A stretch of 63,889 nt of DNA, filler included, from an uncultured Methanosarcinales archaeon (GCA_964405295.1; 7 parts of 7 records of this genome joined end to end with filler, not necessarily neighbours in it); one strand, 5' to 3'; counted from the whole stretch's first letter, positions 1 through 10,480 are shown. Notes: a model not told the origin generated them from the letters alone. Made by a program: numbers and translations.

Positions 1-944
1 CCTTCTGCTGCAGCAGTAATCAATTGTTTTGTTCCATTTGATTCTGTTGTTATATCTCCTGCTGCATAAATTCCTTTAATGTTTGTTTCTTGTTTTGAAT
101 TTACCTTAATATACCCTACATTATCAAGTTCTAATCCAATATTTTTAGATAATTCAGTTATAGGTATTACACCAACATCAATAAATATTCCGTCAAGTTC
201 TATCTCAGACTTATCAGGATTATCTGTTTTTATTTTTGTAACACCTGAATTACCAATTACTTCTGTGACATTTGTATTCATGACAAATTCAACTCTAGAA
301 TCATTCTTCATCTGATCAACAATACCTGGTTTAGCTCTAAATTCTCCTCGTCTATGAATTATATAAACTTTCTTTGCATGCTGCAATAAGATAAATGCTG
401 ATGCAAAAGCAGAATCTCCACCACCAATAATTGCAACTGTTTTATCTTTATAGAATGCACCATCACAAGTTGAACAGTAACTTACACCTCTTGCAATAAA
501 CTTTTTTTCACCGGGAACACCTAACATTCTTCTCTTTGTTCCCAATGCAACAATTATAGAATTTGCATAATAAATCGAAAACATTGTTGTAACTTTAAAT
601 TTGTTGTCTATCTTTTCTATGTTCTCAACTTTGTCCATAACTATCTCTGTCCCTAGATCTTTAGCATGATCTGCAAATTGGATCATTAGATCTCTACCAA
701 TTATTTTTCTAAAACCAGGGTAGTTTTCAACTTCATAATCAATATTCATTTGTCCGCCGAGTTCTTCACCGACAATTAAGGTTTTCAAATTGTATCTTGC
801 AGAGTAGATTGCAGCAGTATAACCTGCACCACCTGCGCCAACAATAAGTATATCATAGATTTGATTTACTTCTTTTTTTGGTGTAGATGAAACTACTTCT
901 GTTGTTTCTGTATCTTGTGTTTTTTCAGCTAGTTGAATATTCAT
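1..944 (-). CDS. trxB: Thioredoxin reductase (3' end runs off the window)
   Basis: Manual translation: glycine-rich FAD-binding motif, ENYPGF, active site YCSTCDGAFY, IIGGGDSA NADPH motif. Absent from the ORF track because there is no stop in the window. Confidence 0.95.
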   Translation of the reverse strand, partial: MNIQLAEKTQDTETTEVVSSTPKKEVNQIYDILIVGAGGAGYTAAIYSARYNLKTLIVGEELGGQMNIDYEVENYPGFRKIIGRDLMIQFADHAKDLGTEIVMDKVENIEKIDNKFKVTTMFSIYYANSIIVALGTKRRMLGVPGEKKFIARGVSYCSTCDGAFYKDKTVAIIGGGDSAFASAFILLQHAKKVYIIHRRGEFRAKPGIVDQMKNDSRVEFVMNTNVTEVIGNSGVTKIKTDNPDKSEIELDGIFIDVGVIPITELSKNIGLELDNVGYIKVNSKQETNIKGIYAAGDITTESNGTKQLITAAAE

Positions 945-953
945 TTAATTGCC

Positions 954-1280
954 TCATAGATTTTTCATCATTGTTTCAATTTTTTGTTTAAGCATTGACT
1001 TAGGTGCAAATCCAGAAAACCTATCAACTTCTTTACTTCCTTTTACTAAACTAACTGTTGGTATTCCCCTTATTTGAAACTGCTGAGCCAATTCTTCATT
1101 TTCTTGTGTGTCAATTTTTACAAACTTTAAATCAGTCATTTCAGCGCTTAACTCTTCAAATACAGGACCCATCATTTTACACGGACCACACCAAGGTGCC
1201 CAAAAATCAATTAAAACAGGTCTGTCCGATTTTAATACTTCCTTCTCAAAATTTTCTTTATTAACATGAACTATTGTCAT
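954..1280 (-). CDS. trxA: Thioredoxin
   Basis: WCGPC motif; ATG at 1280 preceded by GGAGGT Shine-Dalgarno. Confidence 0.97.
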   Translation of the reverse strand: MTIVHVNKENFEKEVLKSDRPVLIDFWAPWCGPCKMMGPVFEELSAEMTDLKFVKIDTQENEELAQQFQIRGIPTVSLVKGSKEVDRFSGFAPKSMLKQKIETMMKNL

Positions 1281-1313
1281 TTTTTTAACCTCCATGTGCA
1301 TAAATACACACGC

Positions 1314-1375
1314 TTGTGAACTAAAAATGCACAACCACTTATAAACTTTATGGATTGTGCATCACAGATGCACAA
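1314..1375. promoter_or_regulatory. Paired palindromic operator-like sites around a TATA box upstream of trxA-trxB
   Basis: TTGTGCATC-aca-GATGCACAA (1355-1375) and degenerate TTGTGAACT-aaa-AATGCACAA (1314-1334) flank a minus-strand TTTATAAG (1339-1346). Confidence 0.6.
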
Positions 1376-1429
1376 CCGAATTAATACAGTAATACACAAA
1401 ACTTAAATAATCATAAAATATTACAAACA

Positions 1430-2143
1430 ATGCAAATGACAAATCTACAATTAATTAAAAAAGACATTAAAAAGCTTGCAAATAAAGAAAAAAAAGCAAT
1501 TTATCAAAAGTTCTTTAAAACAGGCAGAGGGGAATATGGAGAAGGAGATATATTTCTTGGATTAACAACACCACAATCAAAAGAAATTACAAAAAAATAT
1601 GCTAATTTAACATTAAAAGATTTACAAGAATTACTAAATAGTAAAATACACGAACATAGATCAATTGCACTTGGAATATTAGTTAATCAATACGCAAAAG
1701 CTGATGAAAAAAAGAAAATGTCAGTATTCAAATTCTATATGAAAAACTACAATAACATAAACAATTGGGATTTGGTTGATTTAACAGCATATAAAATTGC
1801 AGGGTTCTACTTATTAGATAAAAATAAGAAAATACTTTATGACTTTGCAAAATCAAATCATTTATGGAAAAAGAGAATTGCAATGATTAGTTGCTTCCAA
1901 TTTATTAGACATAATGAATTTGTAGACACACTCAAGATTGCAAGAATTCTTCTTCATGACAAACATGACCTTATTCACAAAGCAGTTGGTTGGATGCTTA
2001 GAGAGGTAGGAAAGAGAGATCAACCACTAGAAGAGAGATATCTAAAAAAATATTATAAAGTTATGCCAAGAACCATGTTGCGTTATGCAATAGAAAGATT
2101 TGAAGAGAAAAAAAGACAAAGGTATTTGAAAAATGGATATTGA
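1430..2143 (+). CDS. AlkD-family DNA alkylation repair protein
   Basis: FFKTGxGEYGEGDIFLG, NNWDLVD, HKAVGWMLREVGKR, MPRTMLRYAIE motifs. Confidence 0.92.
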   Translation: MQMTNLQLIKKDIKKLANKEKKAIYQKFFKTGRGEYGEGDIFLGLTTPQSKEITKKYANLTLKDLQELLNSKIHEHRSIALGILVNQYAKADEKKKMSVFKFYMKNYNNINNWDLVDLTAYKIAGFYLLDKNKKILYDFAKSNHLWKKRIAMISCFQFIRHNEFVDTLKIARILLHDKHDLIHKAVGWMLREVGKRDQPLEERYLKKYYKVMPRTMLRYAIERFEEKKRQRYLKNGY

Positions 2144-2540
2144 ATCAATTACAAAAAGGGCAACCCCTTTGAGTGAACTTGTAACAAGATTAACAAAACA
2201 AGTAGATTATATCAAACCAGTCCCAACAGAGAAATATATAAATAATCAAATACATCTTCATACAACTGATGGAGGGAAAACCTGGACAATGTCTTTAATT
2301 AAAAATGCAGACCCACCAAACAGCACATTTTTACAGTGTGATGCTAGGAAACATGAAATAATAGGTTCAAGATTAGGTTATGACGATGAACCTGAAGACG
2401 TAGCAAACGATATAACAAACATAATTCTACATATTCCCATACCCTCAGAAGTGACATATTTAATACTTGCACCAGATCAATATGATTCCTATGTTCTACT
2501 ATCAAATCCTAAGAAATATATGGAAAATAACAAAAATTGA
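2133..2540 (+). CDS. Hypothetical protein
   Basis: 135-aa ORF overlapping the upstream stop; no recognised motif. Confidence 0.6.
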   Translation: MDIESITKRATPLSELVTRLTKQVDYIKPVPTEKYINNQIHLHTTDGGKTWTMSLIKNADPPNSTFLQCDARKHEIIGSRLGYDDEPEDVANDITNIILHIPIPSEVTYLILAPDQYDSYVLLSNPKKYMENNKN

Positions 2541-2695
2541 TTTACTATAGAATCAATTTTTGAACTTGTAAGAAGCTCATCTTTAAGTTAAATACTCAAA
2601 AACATAGTTTTTGGCACACCAGAAAAACTGGTTGACTTAAAGTATTCTTGCAAATAACAAAGATATTTAAAGACAAAAATCTAAATTAAGTTAAA

Positions 2696-3280
2696 ATGTG
2701 GGAAATGCTTACTTATCTCGGAGTTATAATCATAATTAACGTAGTTCTATTCATTCTTAACTCAATATTCAAAAATAAAATCATAAAAAGTTCTTATTAT
2801 TTATCTTTTGTTTTGTTAGCTTTAGTATTATTGTTACAGTACAGATTAGTTTGGGGCAAACTATTACTTTTCATATTTATCCTAGCTTGGGCAATGCACT
2901 ATATCTTTTTAATACTTGAAGCAAAACTTAAGAAATCAGGGGCATCATTAAAATTCTGGTTTTTACAAACTTCACTAGTTTTTATTACTGCACTCCCAAT
3001 AATTTTCTACATGACTTATGATTCTTTTAAGTTTAATGTTTTTTCAATTATTGGAATATTGTTTTTCTTAAAGGGATTCTTTATCTTGATTAACTTTAAA
3101 GGATTAAGAAAGCTCTACAAAAGATTTGAAAAACATAGACACTCCTGGGCAGAAATATTTATTTGGTCAGGATTATACCTTTATGTTATTGCATCATTAC
3201 CACTAATTCCTGCAATAATTAGTATTCTGAGCCCTGCATTGGTTATTTATACTAAAGTAAGAATAATTCGTTCTAAGTAA
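2696..3280 (+). CDS. Multi-pass membrane protein, DUF1295-like (divergent)
   Basis: Several hydrophobic helices; GLRK...RHxWAEIFIWSG resembles the DUF1295 C-terminal motif. Confidence 0.55.
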   Translation: MWEMLTYLGVIIIINVVLFILNSIFKNKIIKSSYYLSFVLLALVLLLQYRLVWGKLLLFIFILAWAMHYIFLILEAKLKKSGASLKFWFLQTSLVFITALPIIFYMTYDSFKFNVFSIIGILFFLKGFFILINFKGLRKLYKRFEKHRHSWAEIFIWSGLYLYVIASLPLIPAIISILSPALVIYTKVRIIRSK

Positions 3281-3321
3281 TCCATAAATCTTTTAAATAA
3301 AATATTCTTATCTCTCTAAAA

Positions 3322-3576
3322 ATGAACAAGAAATTACTACAAAAATACTGGATAGACGTTGTTTTGGCAATCTCATTTGTGCTTTCTTTTACAACAGGAG
3401 TAATCAAGTTACCAATACTTCTTGGAAAATTTAGTTTTAGCAAATTAACACTGCTTACTTTAATGAGAGTGCACGATATTTCTGGGATAATAATGGGATT
3501 ATTAGTCTTAGTCCACATAATTCAACATTGGAAATGGATTGTTACAATGAGCAAAAACATATTTAAGAAAAAATGA
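3322..3576 (+). CDS. DUF4405-like small membrane protein
   Basis: HDISGIIMGLLVLVHIIQHWKWI histidine pattern. Confidence 0.75.
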   Translation: MNKKLLQKYWIDVVLAISFVLSFTTGVIKLPILLGKFSFSKLTLLTLMRVHDISGIIMGLLVLVHIIQHWKWIVTMSKNIFKKK

Positions 3577-3884
3577 AAAAAGTAACAACAATAAACACAA
3601 AAAACCTAAAACATACAAAACGGTTTTTTGGTTATTATAACTTGAAATCTTATTGGACTCTGCAAAACAACAGAATATTAACTCAAGTTATAATAATTCT
3701 ATTAATACTTGTACTAACCTTACTTAGTGGTTGCACTGAAGAAAAAGTAGAACAAAATGAGATAACTGCAGAAGCAGTTAATACTCCTTCTTGCCCAAAA
3801 GGATTAACAAATGATCCTGCACCAGGTATATGCTACCTATACCAAGATGAGAATTCTAATAATGTTTGTGATTTGAGTGAGTAA
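3573..3884 (+). CDS. Putative lipoprotein with Cys-rich C-terminus
   Basis: Hydrophobic stretch plus LSGC lipobox; CPKGLTNDPAPGIC...NNVCDLS. Confidence 0.6.
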   Translation: MKKVTTINTKNLKHTKRFFGYYNLKSYWTLQNNRILTQVIIILLILVLTLLSGCTEEKVEQNEITAEAVNTPSCPKGLTNDPAPGICYLYQDENSNNVCDLSE

Positions 3885-3960
3885 TTATAAGTATATAAGA
3901 CTAAATCACTATAGAAACATTAATAAATAAAACTTCTAAACCTCATTATAGGTGTTTTAG

Positions 3961-5727
3961 ATGAGCGCAGAGAGATCGTTAGCAGATTACCAGGAAGAAG
4001 TTGCAGAAGAAGAGATAGTTCTAGAAAAAGAAAAGCTCAAAAATCAACCAGATTCTCAAAAATCAAAAATTGCTGTCGCATCACAAGAAACTAAAGCAGA
4101 TATTCTCGCACGGAAACAGAGAGATATCGGTGTTGCAGAGTTTTTCTCAAGAAATAGACACTTATTAGGATTTGACAATAAGAGAAAAGCATTAATGACA
4201 ACTATAAAAGAAGCTGTTGATAATGCCCTAGATGCTTGTGAAGAAGCGGAAGTTCTACCAGAAATCTTTGTTGAAATAGTTGACATGGGTAATGACCGAT
4301 TTAGAATAACTGTAGAAGATAATGGGCCAGGAATTGTTAAAGCTCAAATCCCAAAAATCTTTGCAAAATTATTATATGGAAGCAAATTTCATTCTTTAAA
4401 ACAATCGCGAGGTCAGCAGGGTATTGGTATCAGTGCTGCAGTTATGTATGGTCAACTTACAACTGGTAGACCTGCAAGAATTATTTCTAAAATAGGAAAG
4501 GATAAACCTGCACACTATATTGAACTTAAGTTAGATACCCAAAAGAATAAACCTGAAATCTTAAAATATGAAGAAAAAACTTGGTCAAAAGATCATGGAA
4601 CAAAAATAACAATTGATTTAGAAGCTTCATATCAAAAAGGAGGACAAAGTATTGATGCATATCTTAAAGAAACTGCAATTGCAAATCCTCATGTTACTAT
4701 TGTCTATGTTAATCCAAAAGCAGAACAGCACATTTTTCCTAGAGCAATGAATAAATTGCCTAAAGAAGCTAAAGAAATAAAACCTCATCCTTATGGAATT
4801 GAATTAGGAGTTCTTATTAAGATGCTTAAAACAACTACAACAAAAACTTTGCAACAATTTTTCACAACAGAGTTTTCAAGAGTTACATCAAAAGTTGTAA
4901 AAGAAATCTGCGAACATGCAAAAATTGAACCTAAGAAAAAACCAAAATTAATTTCAAGAGAAAATGCAGAAAAACTAGTTAAAGCAATTTCTGAAGTAAA
5001 AATAATGAATCCTCCAACAGATTGCATAAGCCCAATTGGAGAAGCAGAACTAGAAAAAGGTCTTCGTAAAGAAGTGAATGCAGAGTTTTATGCTGCAACA
5101 TCAAGACCTCCATCTGTTTATAGAGGAAACCCTTTTCAAATAGAAATCGCACTTGCCTATGGTGGAAATCAACCAGGTGATAAACAGATTTCTCTAATGA
5201 GGTATGCAAATAAAGTTCCACTTTTATTTCAACAAGGTGCTTGTGGTTTCACAAAAGCAGTTGTCCAGACTTCATGGAGAAATTATGGACTAAATCAATC
5301 TCAAAAATCGATTCCTGTTGGGCCAATGACTTTGGTTTTACACATTGCATCTGTATGGGTTCCATTTACATCTGAAAGCAAAGAAGCACTTGCACAATAT
5401 CCTGAAATATTAAAAGAAATTAAATTAGCGATTCAAGAAGTTGGTCGAAAATTAGCCCGTTATACTTCTAAAAAGAAGAGAGTTAAAGATGAATTTCAAA
5501 AAAGAAATTATATAGAAAAATATATTCCACACTTAGCAGGTGCGATTAAAGAGTTAATTGATATCTCTGATGAGCAAGAAGCTCAACTTGAAACAGAATT
5601 AAAAGGTTTATTAGAACAGGAAAGAGGCAAAATAGCTAAAATGGTTTTTGATGAAAAAGCTAACACAGACTTTGATGAAAAACTTGCAAAGAAGTTTGAT
5701 GATGATGAAGGGAGTGATGAGCAATGA
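3961..5727 (+). CDS. top6B: DNA topoisomerase VI subunit B
   Basis: GHKL motifs EAVDNALDA, EDNGPGI, SRGQQGIG; IKPHPYG; WVPFTSESKE. Confidence 0.97.
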   Translation: MSAERSLADYQEEVAEEEIVLEKEKLKNQPDSQKSKIAVASQETKADILARKQRDIGVAEFFSRNRHLLGFDNKRKALMTTIKEAVDNALDACEEAEVLPEIFVEIVDMGNDRFRITVEDNGPGIVKAQIPKIFAKLLYGSKFHSLKQSRGQQGIGISAAVMYGQLTTGRPARIISKIGKDKPAHYIELKLDTQKNKPEILKYEEKTWSKDHGTKITIDLEASYQKGGQSIDAYLKETAIANPHVTIVYVNPKAEQHIFPRAMNKLPKEAKEIKPHPYGIELGVLIKMLKTTTTKTLQQFFTTEFSRVTSKVVKEICEHAKIEPKKKPKLISRENAEKLVKAISEVKIMNPPTDCISPIGEAELEKGLRKEVNAEFYAATSRPPSVYRGNPFQIEIALAYGGNQPGDKQISLMRYANKVPLLFQQGACGFTKAVVQTSWRNYGLNQSQKSIPVGPMTLVLHIASVWVPFTSESKEALAQYPEILKEIKLAIQEVGRKLARYTSKKKRVKDEFQKRNYIEKYIPHLAGAIKELIDISDEQEAQLETELKGLLEQERGKIAKMVFDEKANTDFDEKLAKKFDDDEGSDEQ

Positions 5728-6299
5728 GTGAACAACTTAAAAAACTTAATTACTTGTATAAACTTAAAGAAGTCTATAGGCACTCTACTTTAAAAGGCAG
5801 AACAGAAAGTAGTGCAGAACACAGTTGGAGCGTAATGATGTTAGCAGAATACTTTCTTATAAAAAAAGGATTTGTTGAAAAATATAATATTGATAAATTA
5901 AAAGTTTTTAGATTATTACTTTATCATGATTTAATTGAAATAGAGGCAGGTGATACACCCCTTTATGGACCAGACAGAGAAAAGAAAGATAAAAAAGAAA
6001 CCCTAATCCTACCAAGATTGTTAGAAGAAATGCCTGAAGCAATTGCTAAAGAACAAATATTATTATTTCAAGAATTTGGAGAACTAAAAACAGTTGAAGC
6101 AAAATTTGCTAAAGCAATTGATAAACTTGACCCTTTGGTTCACGCTGCGCACATAAAAACAGATTGGAAAGCAGTTAAAGCAACAGAACAAGTTTTACGG
6201 GATAAACATCAAAAATATCTAGTTCCATTTCCAGAATTAATGAAATTATTTGAAGAAATAATCAAACACGCAAAAGAAATGGAATTTATTACTGAATAA
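5724..6299 (+). CDS. HD-domain hydrolase (HD_3/YfbR-like)
   Basis: ESSAEHSW, YHDLIEIEAGD, EAKFAKAIDKL. Confidence 0.9.
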   Translation: MSEQLKKLNYLYKLKEVYRHSTLKGRTESSAEHSWSVMMLAEYFLIKKGFVEKYNIDKLKVFRLLLYHDLIEIEAGDTPLYGPDREKKDKKETLILPRLLEEMPEAIAKEQILLFQEFGELKTVEAKFAKAIDKLDPLVHAAHIKTDWKAVKATEQVLRDKHQKYLVPFPELMKLFEEIIKHAKEMEFITE

Positions 6300-6300
6300 A

Positions 6301-6645
6301 ATGTTAATTAAAAAAGATCAAGCAAAGACAATCAAAATATCTGAAAATATGTCTATTACAGAATATGATATGAATACAAAAGATATAGGTATCACTGTTG
6401 CTAAAATAAATGGAAGATATCCTGAAGAAGGATTTGCACTGAATAAAGAATGCCAAGAAATTTATTATGTACTAAGAGGAACAGGTGAAGTCTTTATTGA
6501 CAATCAATCTTTCAAAATAGAAGAAGGAGATACAATTTTAATAAATAAAAATAAAAAATATTATTTGATAGGAAATAGTTTAAAAATAGTTTGTCCAACA
6601 GTTCCTGCATGGACAGAAAAACAACATGAAACTATAAAAGATTAA
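6301..6645 (+). CDS. Cupin-domain protein
   Basis: EIYYVLRGTGEVFID...IEEGDTILI cupin motif. Confidence 0.85.
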   Translation: MLIKKDQAKTIKISENMSITEYDMNTKDIGITVAKINGRYPEEGFALNKECQEIYYVLRGTGEVFIDNQSFKIEEGDTILINKNKKYYLIGNSLKIVCPTVPAWTEKQHETIKD

Positions 6646-6646
6646 A

Positions 6647-7732
6647 ATGACAGAAAGAAACCTAGTTAAAGAAATAAAAGACATTACAAAATATATTTAT
6701 CAAACTATTTTGCAAAAGAGAAAACCAACATTAAAATCTCCAATAAGAAGTTTAAGTAATGTAACTTATAATAAAAAAGATGGCTACTTTCAATTAAATG
6801 GTTCAGAAAAAACAAGAACTCTAAGTGCAAACACAGTTAAAAGTTTTGCACAGACTCTGAAAATGATGGGTTTATCAAAACAATTAATTGAATCGAAAGA
6901 CATTGCATCAAAAAGAGAGGCATATTATATTTCTAAGAACTGGGGAGATGCCAGATTTAAAGAACAACCAGAATCCGATTCTATAATGGACGATGTTGAA
7001 GCAATGATGAAAGTTAATAGAGAACAACTTGGCTTTATTCCTGAAGAGAAAGGTGGAGATATTGCAGGATCATTAATTGTTATAGACAAAGATGATAAAG
7101 GTAAAGAGTTAAGAATTGATTGCACTAAGTTCGGAAGCGGAGCATATTCTATTCCTTCAACAGTTGAACAACTAAAATTTGAAACAAAAGCAAAATTTAT
7201 CTTAGCAATAGAAACTGCAGGTATGTTTCAAAGACTTGTAAAACACAATTATTGGAAAAAAGCGAACTGTATTCTGATAAGTATGGGTGGAGTTCCAACA
7301 AGAGCTTGCAGAAGGTTTATCAGAAGACTAGCTGATGATAAAAAACTTCCTGTTTATGTTTTTACAGATGGAGACCCATATGGGTATCTTAATATTTATA
7401 GAACTCTTAAAGTAGGAAGTGGAAACGCCGCACACATCAACAAATACTTCTGTGTTCCTCAAGCACACTTTTTAGGCGTAACTCCCTATGACATTGAAGA
7501 TTACAAATTACCAACACATCCCCTTAAAGAAATTGATGTTAAAAGACTTAAGGATGGTTTGAAAAATGATCCTTTTATACATGCACATAAAGAATGGCAA
7601 AAAGCTTTGGAAAAACAAATAAAATTAAAAGTTAGAGCAGAGCAGCAAGCACTTGCAGCCTGGGGACTTAACTATGTTATTGAAAAGTATCTTCCAGATA
7701 AGATAAGTAATGTTGATAAGTTCTTGCCTTAG
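6647..7732 (+). CDS. top6A: DNA topoisomerase VI subunit A
   Basis: KREAYY catalytic Tyr; TOPRIM AIETAGMF and FTDGDPYG; AEQQAL. Confidence 0.97.
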   Translation: MTERNLVKEIKDITKYIYQTILQKRKPTLKSPIRSLSNVTYNKKDGYFQLNGSEKTRTLSANTVKSFAQTLKMMGLSKQLIESKDIASKREAYYISKNWGDARFKEQPESDSIMDDVEAMMKVNREQLGFIPEEKGGDIAGSLIVIDKDDKGKELRIDCTKFGSGAYSIPSTVEQLKFETKAKFILAIETAGMFQRLVKHNYWKKANCILISMGGVPTRACRRFIRRLADDKKLPVYVFTDGDPYGYLNIYRTLKVGSGNAAHINKYFCVPQAHFLGVTPYDIEDYKLPTHPLKEIDVKRLKDGLKNDPFIHAHKEWQKALEKQIKLKVRAEQQALAAWGLNYVIEKYLPDKISNVDKFLP

Positions 7733-7895
7733 GTAAAAATAATTGTTTAAGCTAAGATTAAAAATAACTAAATTTTAAATAAAAAGCTAAAAACTTAAAA
7801 TTTTGAACTTGTAAAATATTCTATTAAAATAGTATAGTTAGAAACTTTTACAAATAACGAAACAATTTTAAAAGAAAAGTAACAAACTAAAGGTA

Positions 7896-8816
7896 ATGAA
7901 AAAAAAGACTGTGAGAAAACCTAGTTCTAGAACTAAATGGGCACAAAAAGATACAAGTAGAATTATTAAGGATATTAAATCTCTAAAAATTCAAGGTGCA
8001 ACCAATGTAGCAAAAGCAGCATTAAAAGTTCTACATAATGAATATCTCACAAACAAGGATTCTGCACATATCAATGAACTTCTTAATAAACTTCACAGAA
8101 CAAGAGCAACCGAACCTATGATGAGGAATGCTCTAAAATACTACCTTCATCTTATTAAGAAAAAAGGAGACACTCCTAGACAAGCATTTAAGAAAATATC
8201 AAATTATTTTGAATACTCAAAAAGAAAAATTGCATACTTTGGTTCTCAACTAATAAAAGATGGGAAAACATATTTTACTCATTGCCATTCAAGTGATGTT
8301 ATGGTTGTATTCAAAAAAGCAAGAGAAGACAAATTATTTCGAGTTTTCAACACTGAAACAAGACCCTTATACCAGGGGAGAATAACTGCAAGAGAACTTA
8401 GCAGTGCAGGAATTCCTGTTGTCCACTTTACTGATAGTGGGGCAAGAATTGCTTTAAAAGAATGTCAATCCATGTTTATTGGTTGTGATGCAGTTACTGC
8501 AAAGGCAGAAGTCTATAATAAGATTGGTAGTGAGATGTTTGCAGAAATAGCACGATCTCAAAGAAAAAAAGTTTATGTTTGCACAAATTCTTGGAAACTT
8601 GATCCATACACTTTTTTTGGTTTTGATGAACAAATAGAGAAAAGGCATGAAAAAGAGGTTTGGAAAAATCCTCCTAGGGGAGTTATAGTTACAAATTATG
8701 CTTTTGAAAAGCTTAAAGCAAATAAAATAACAGGAATTATTAGCGAATTTGGCATTCTTACACCAAAACAATTTGTTCAAACTACAAAAAGAAAGAATAA
8801 ATGGATGTTTAATTGA
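7896..8816 (+). CDS. Ribose-1,5-bisphosphate isomerase / eIF-2B-like protein
   Basis: KIQGATNVA, TRATEPMMRN, THCHSS, TETRPLYQG, NKIGS. Confidence 0.88.
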   Translation: MKKKTVRKPSSRTKWAQKDTSRIIKDIKSLKIQGATNVAKAALKVLHNEYLTNKDSAHINELLNKLHRTRATEPMMRNALKYYLHLIKKKGDTPRQAFKKISNYFEYSKRKIAYFGSQLIKDGKTYFTHCHSSDVMVVFKKAREDKLFRVFNTETRPLYQGRITARELSSAGIPVVHFTDSGARIALKECQSMFIGCDAVTAKAEVYNKIGSEMFAEIARSQRKKVYVCTNSWKLDPYTFFGFDEQIEKRHEKEVWKNPPRGVIVTNYAFEKLKANKITGIISEFGILTPKQFVQTTKRKNKWMFN

Positions 8817-8949
8817 TTTATTTTAATAATATTTTTAAAGGATATCATTTATAATACAATATAAGGTGTCTAGTTAAAGGATATCCAACAAGAATATAAA
8901 ATTATTTAGTATTCAACTTTGTCGAATAGTCACAAAAAAGAGGTGTATA

Positions 8950-9810
8950 ATGGGTTTATTTGGTTTTCATAAGAAGAAAAATAAAGTTTCTAAAGAAAGT
9001 AAAAATCTAGATATCCCCATACCTAATTATGATGGAAGTAAAGATTCTGATAATCAATTAAAAAACGTTATTAGCGCAGATTTAAAAGAAAAAACAAAAT
9101 TTGATATTAAAAAAGTCAATAATGAAATGGATTATCTTGATGAAGTTATGGGAAAAAACCTTGATTTGAATTCTAAAGATATAAAGAAAGCCGTATCTTC
9201 ATCTAAGACACAAGATTCAAGTGAGGTCGAATTAGAATTACCAGAAAACCCTAATGACTCAGATGTTCATCCTGAAATAAAGAATAAACTCGAACAGCAT
9301 AATGAAACTATTAACATTGATTTACCAGATGAGACAAAACCAAATCAAAATTTTATTAATGATCCTATGCTAGAAAAACTAATTAAAAAGAAAGAAATTA
9401 AAGAAGAGAATCCTACAACCGGTCTTATTTCTGAACCAACAGAAAGCATGGAAGAAATTGAAACTGAAATAGAACCTCCAAAAAAAAATGACTTAAAAAA
9501 ACTTCCAGATTTTAACGATGGAAGGATGGAAATAAATAAAACAGAAAAACTTGTTGAGAGTTTCAAGAAAAAAAGGACGTTCAAAGAAAATGTTTTCGTT
9601 AAGTCAAAACTGTACAGAGAAATTTTACATTCAAATCTTACAATAAAAGAAGATATTAAAGTTTGTGATAACAAACTTAACAATTTAACAAAAAGCATTA
9701 ACTCTCAAAGCGCTAAAGGGGAGAATTTAAGGCAAGAACTTGAATTTATACAAGAAAGTATTTTAACAATTGAAGATAAACTATTTGATAGTAATCCATT
9801 AACGAGGTGA
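8950..9810 (+). CDS. Hypothetical protein: acidic disordered region plus C-terminal coiled coil
   Basis: SD GAGGTG; low-complexity middle; C-terminus resembles the next ORF. Confidence 0.75.
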   Translation: MGLFGFHKKKNKVSKESKNLDIPIPNYDGSKDSDNQLKNVISADLKEKTKFDIKKVNNEMDYLDEVMGKNLDLNSKDIKKAVSSSKTQDSSEVELELPENPNDSDVHPEIKNKLEQHNETINIDLPDETKPNQNFINDPMLEKLIKKKEIKEENPTTGLISEPTESMEEIETEIEPPKKNDLKKLPDFNDGRMEINKTEKLVESFKKKRTFKENVFVKSKLYREILHSNLTIKEDIKVCDNKLNNLTKSINSQSAKGENLRQELEFIQESILTIEDKLFDSNPLTR

Positions 9811-9815
9811 AAAAA

Positions 9816-10040
9816 ATGAATAATACTCCTGTATTTATAAAAATTGATTCGTACAAGGAAGTACTTGATATCATTGATGTTATCAAAGCAAAACTTGACA
9901 AATCAAAAAGCTTACTCAAACAAATAAATCAAATAAAAGCTGAAGAAGACGAAGAATTACTTGAATGGCAAACTACATTAGATAATATTTCAGATAAAGT
10001 GTATTTTATTGATAAAACATTATTTGAACCAAACATATAA
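9816..10040 (+). CDS. Small coiled-coil hypothetical protein
   Basis: SD GAGGTGA; PVFIKIDSYKEVL...IDKTLFE. Confidence 0.75.
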   Translation: MNNTPVFIKIDSYKEVLDIIDVIKAKLDKSKSLLKQINQIKAEEDEELLEWQTTLDNISDKVYFIDKTLFEPNI

Positions 10041-10047
10041 AATAAAA

Positions 10048-10422
10048 ATGGAATCAAACAGATTTGTTACAGTTGCAAGACCGAGAGATATAAGAGTTAA
10101 AGGCCTGAATGCTGCAAAAGAAACAATTAATGCAACTAGACAACACTTTAGAATTGAAATATTAAGAAATAAAAAAGTAAAACTAATTAAAGAGCTTAAA
10201 GAAGAAACAAAAGAATTAAGTTTATTATTCGGAAAATTATATGAATTCTTACCTGATCACGAACTTCTTGAAATTAAAAAAGAAAAAACGATTACTAAGA
10301 AAACAAAGGCAATAAAATCAAAGAAAAAATCTACAGAGGATAGAACGACTAAAAGTGAAAATGAACTTGATAGATTAGAAAAAGCTCTTATGCAGGTTGA
10401 ACAGAAACTGAAGAATATTTAA
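10048..10422 (+). CDS. Basic coiled-coil hypothetical protein
   Basis: ATG at 10048; ends ELDRLEKALMQVEQKLKNI. Confidence 0.7.
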   Translation: MESNRFVTVARPRDIRVKGLNAAKETINATRQHFRIEILRNKKVKLIKELKEETKELSLLFGKLYEFLPDHELLEIKKEKTITKKTKAIKSKKKSTEDRTTKSENELDRLEKALMQVEQKLKNI

Positions 10423-10480
10423 AAAATATGCAACTCAAGAACAACAAAAATCAAATTCTTTGAGCATCGTAACTTCTCAA

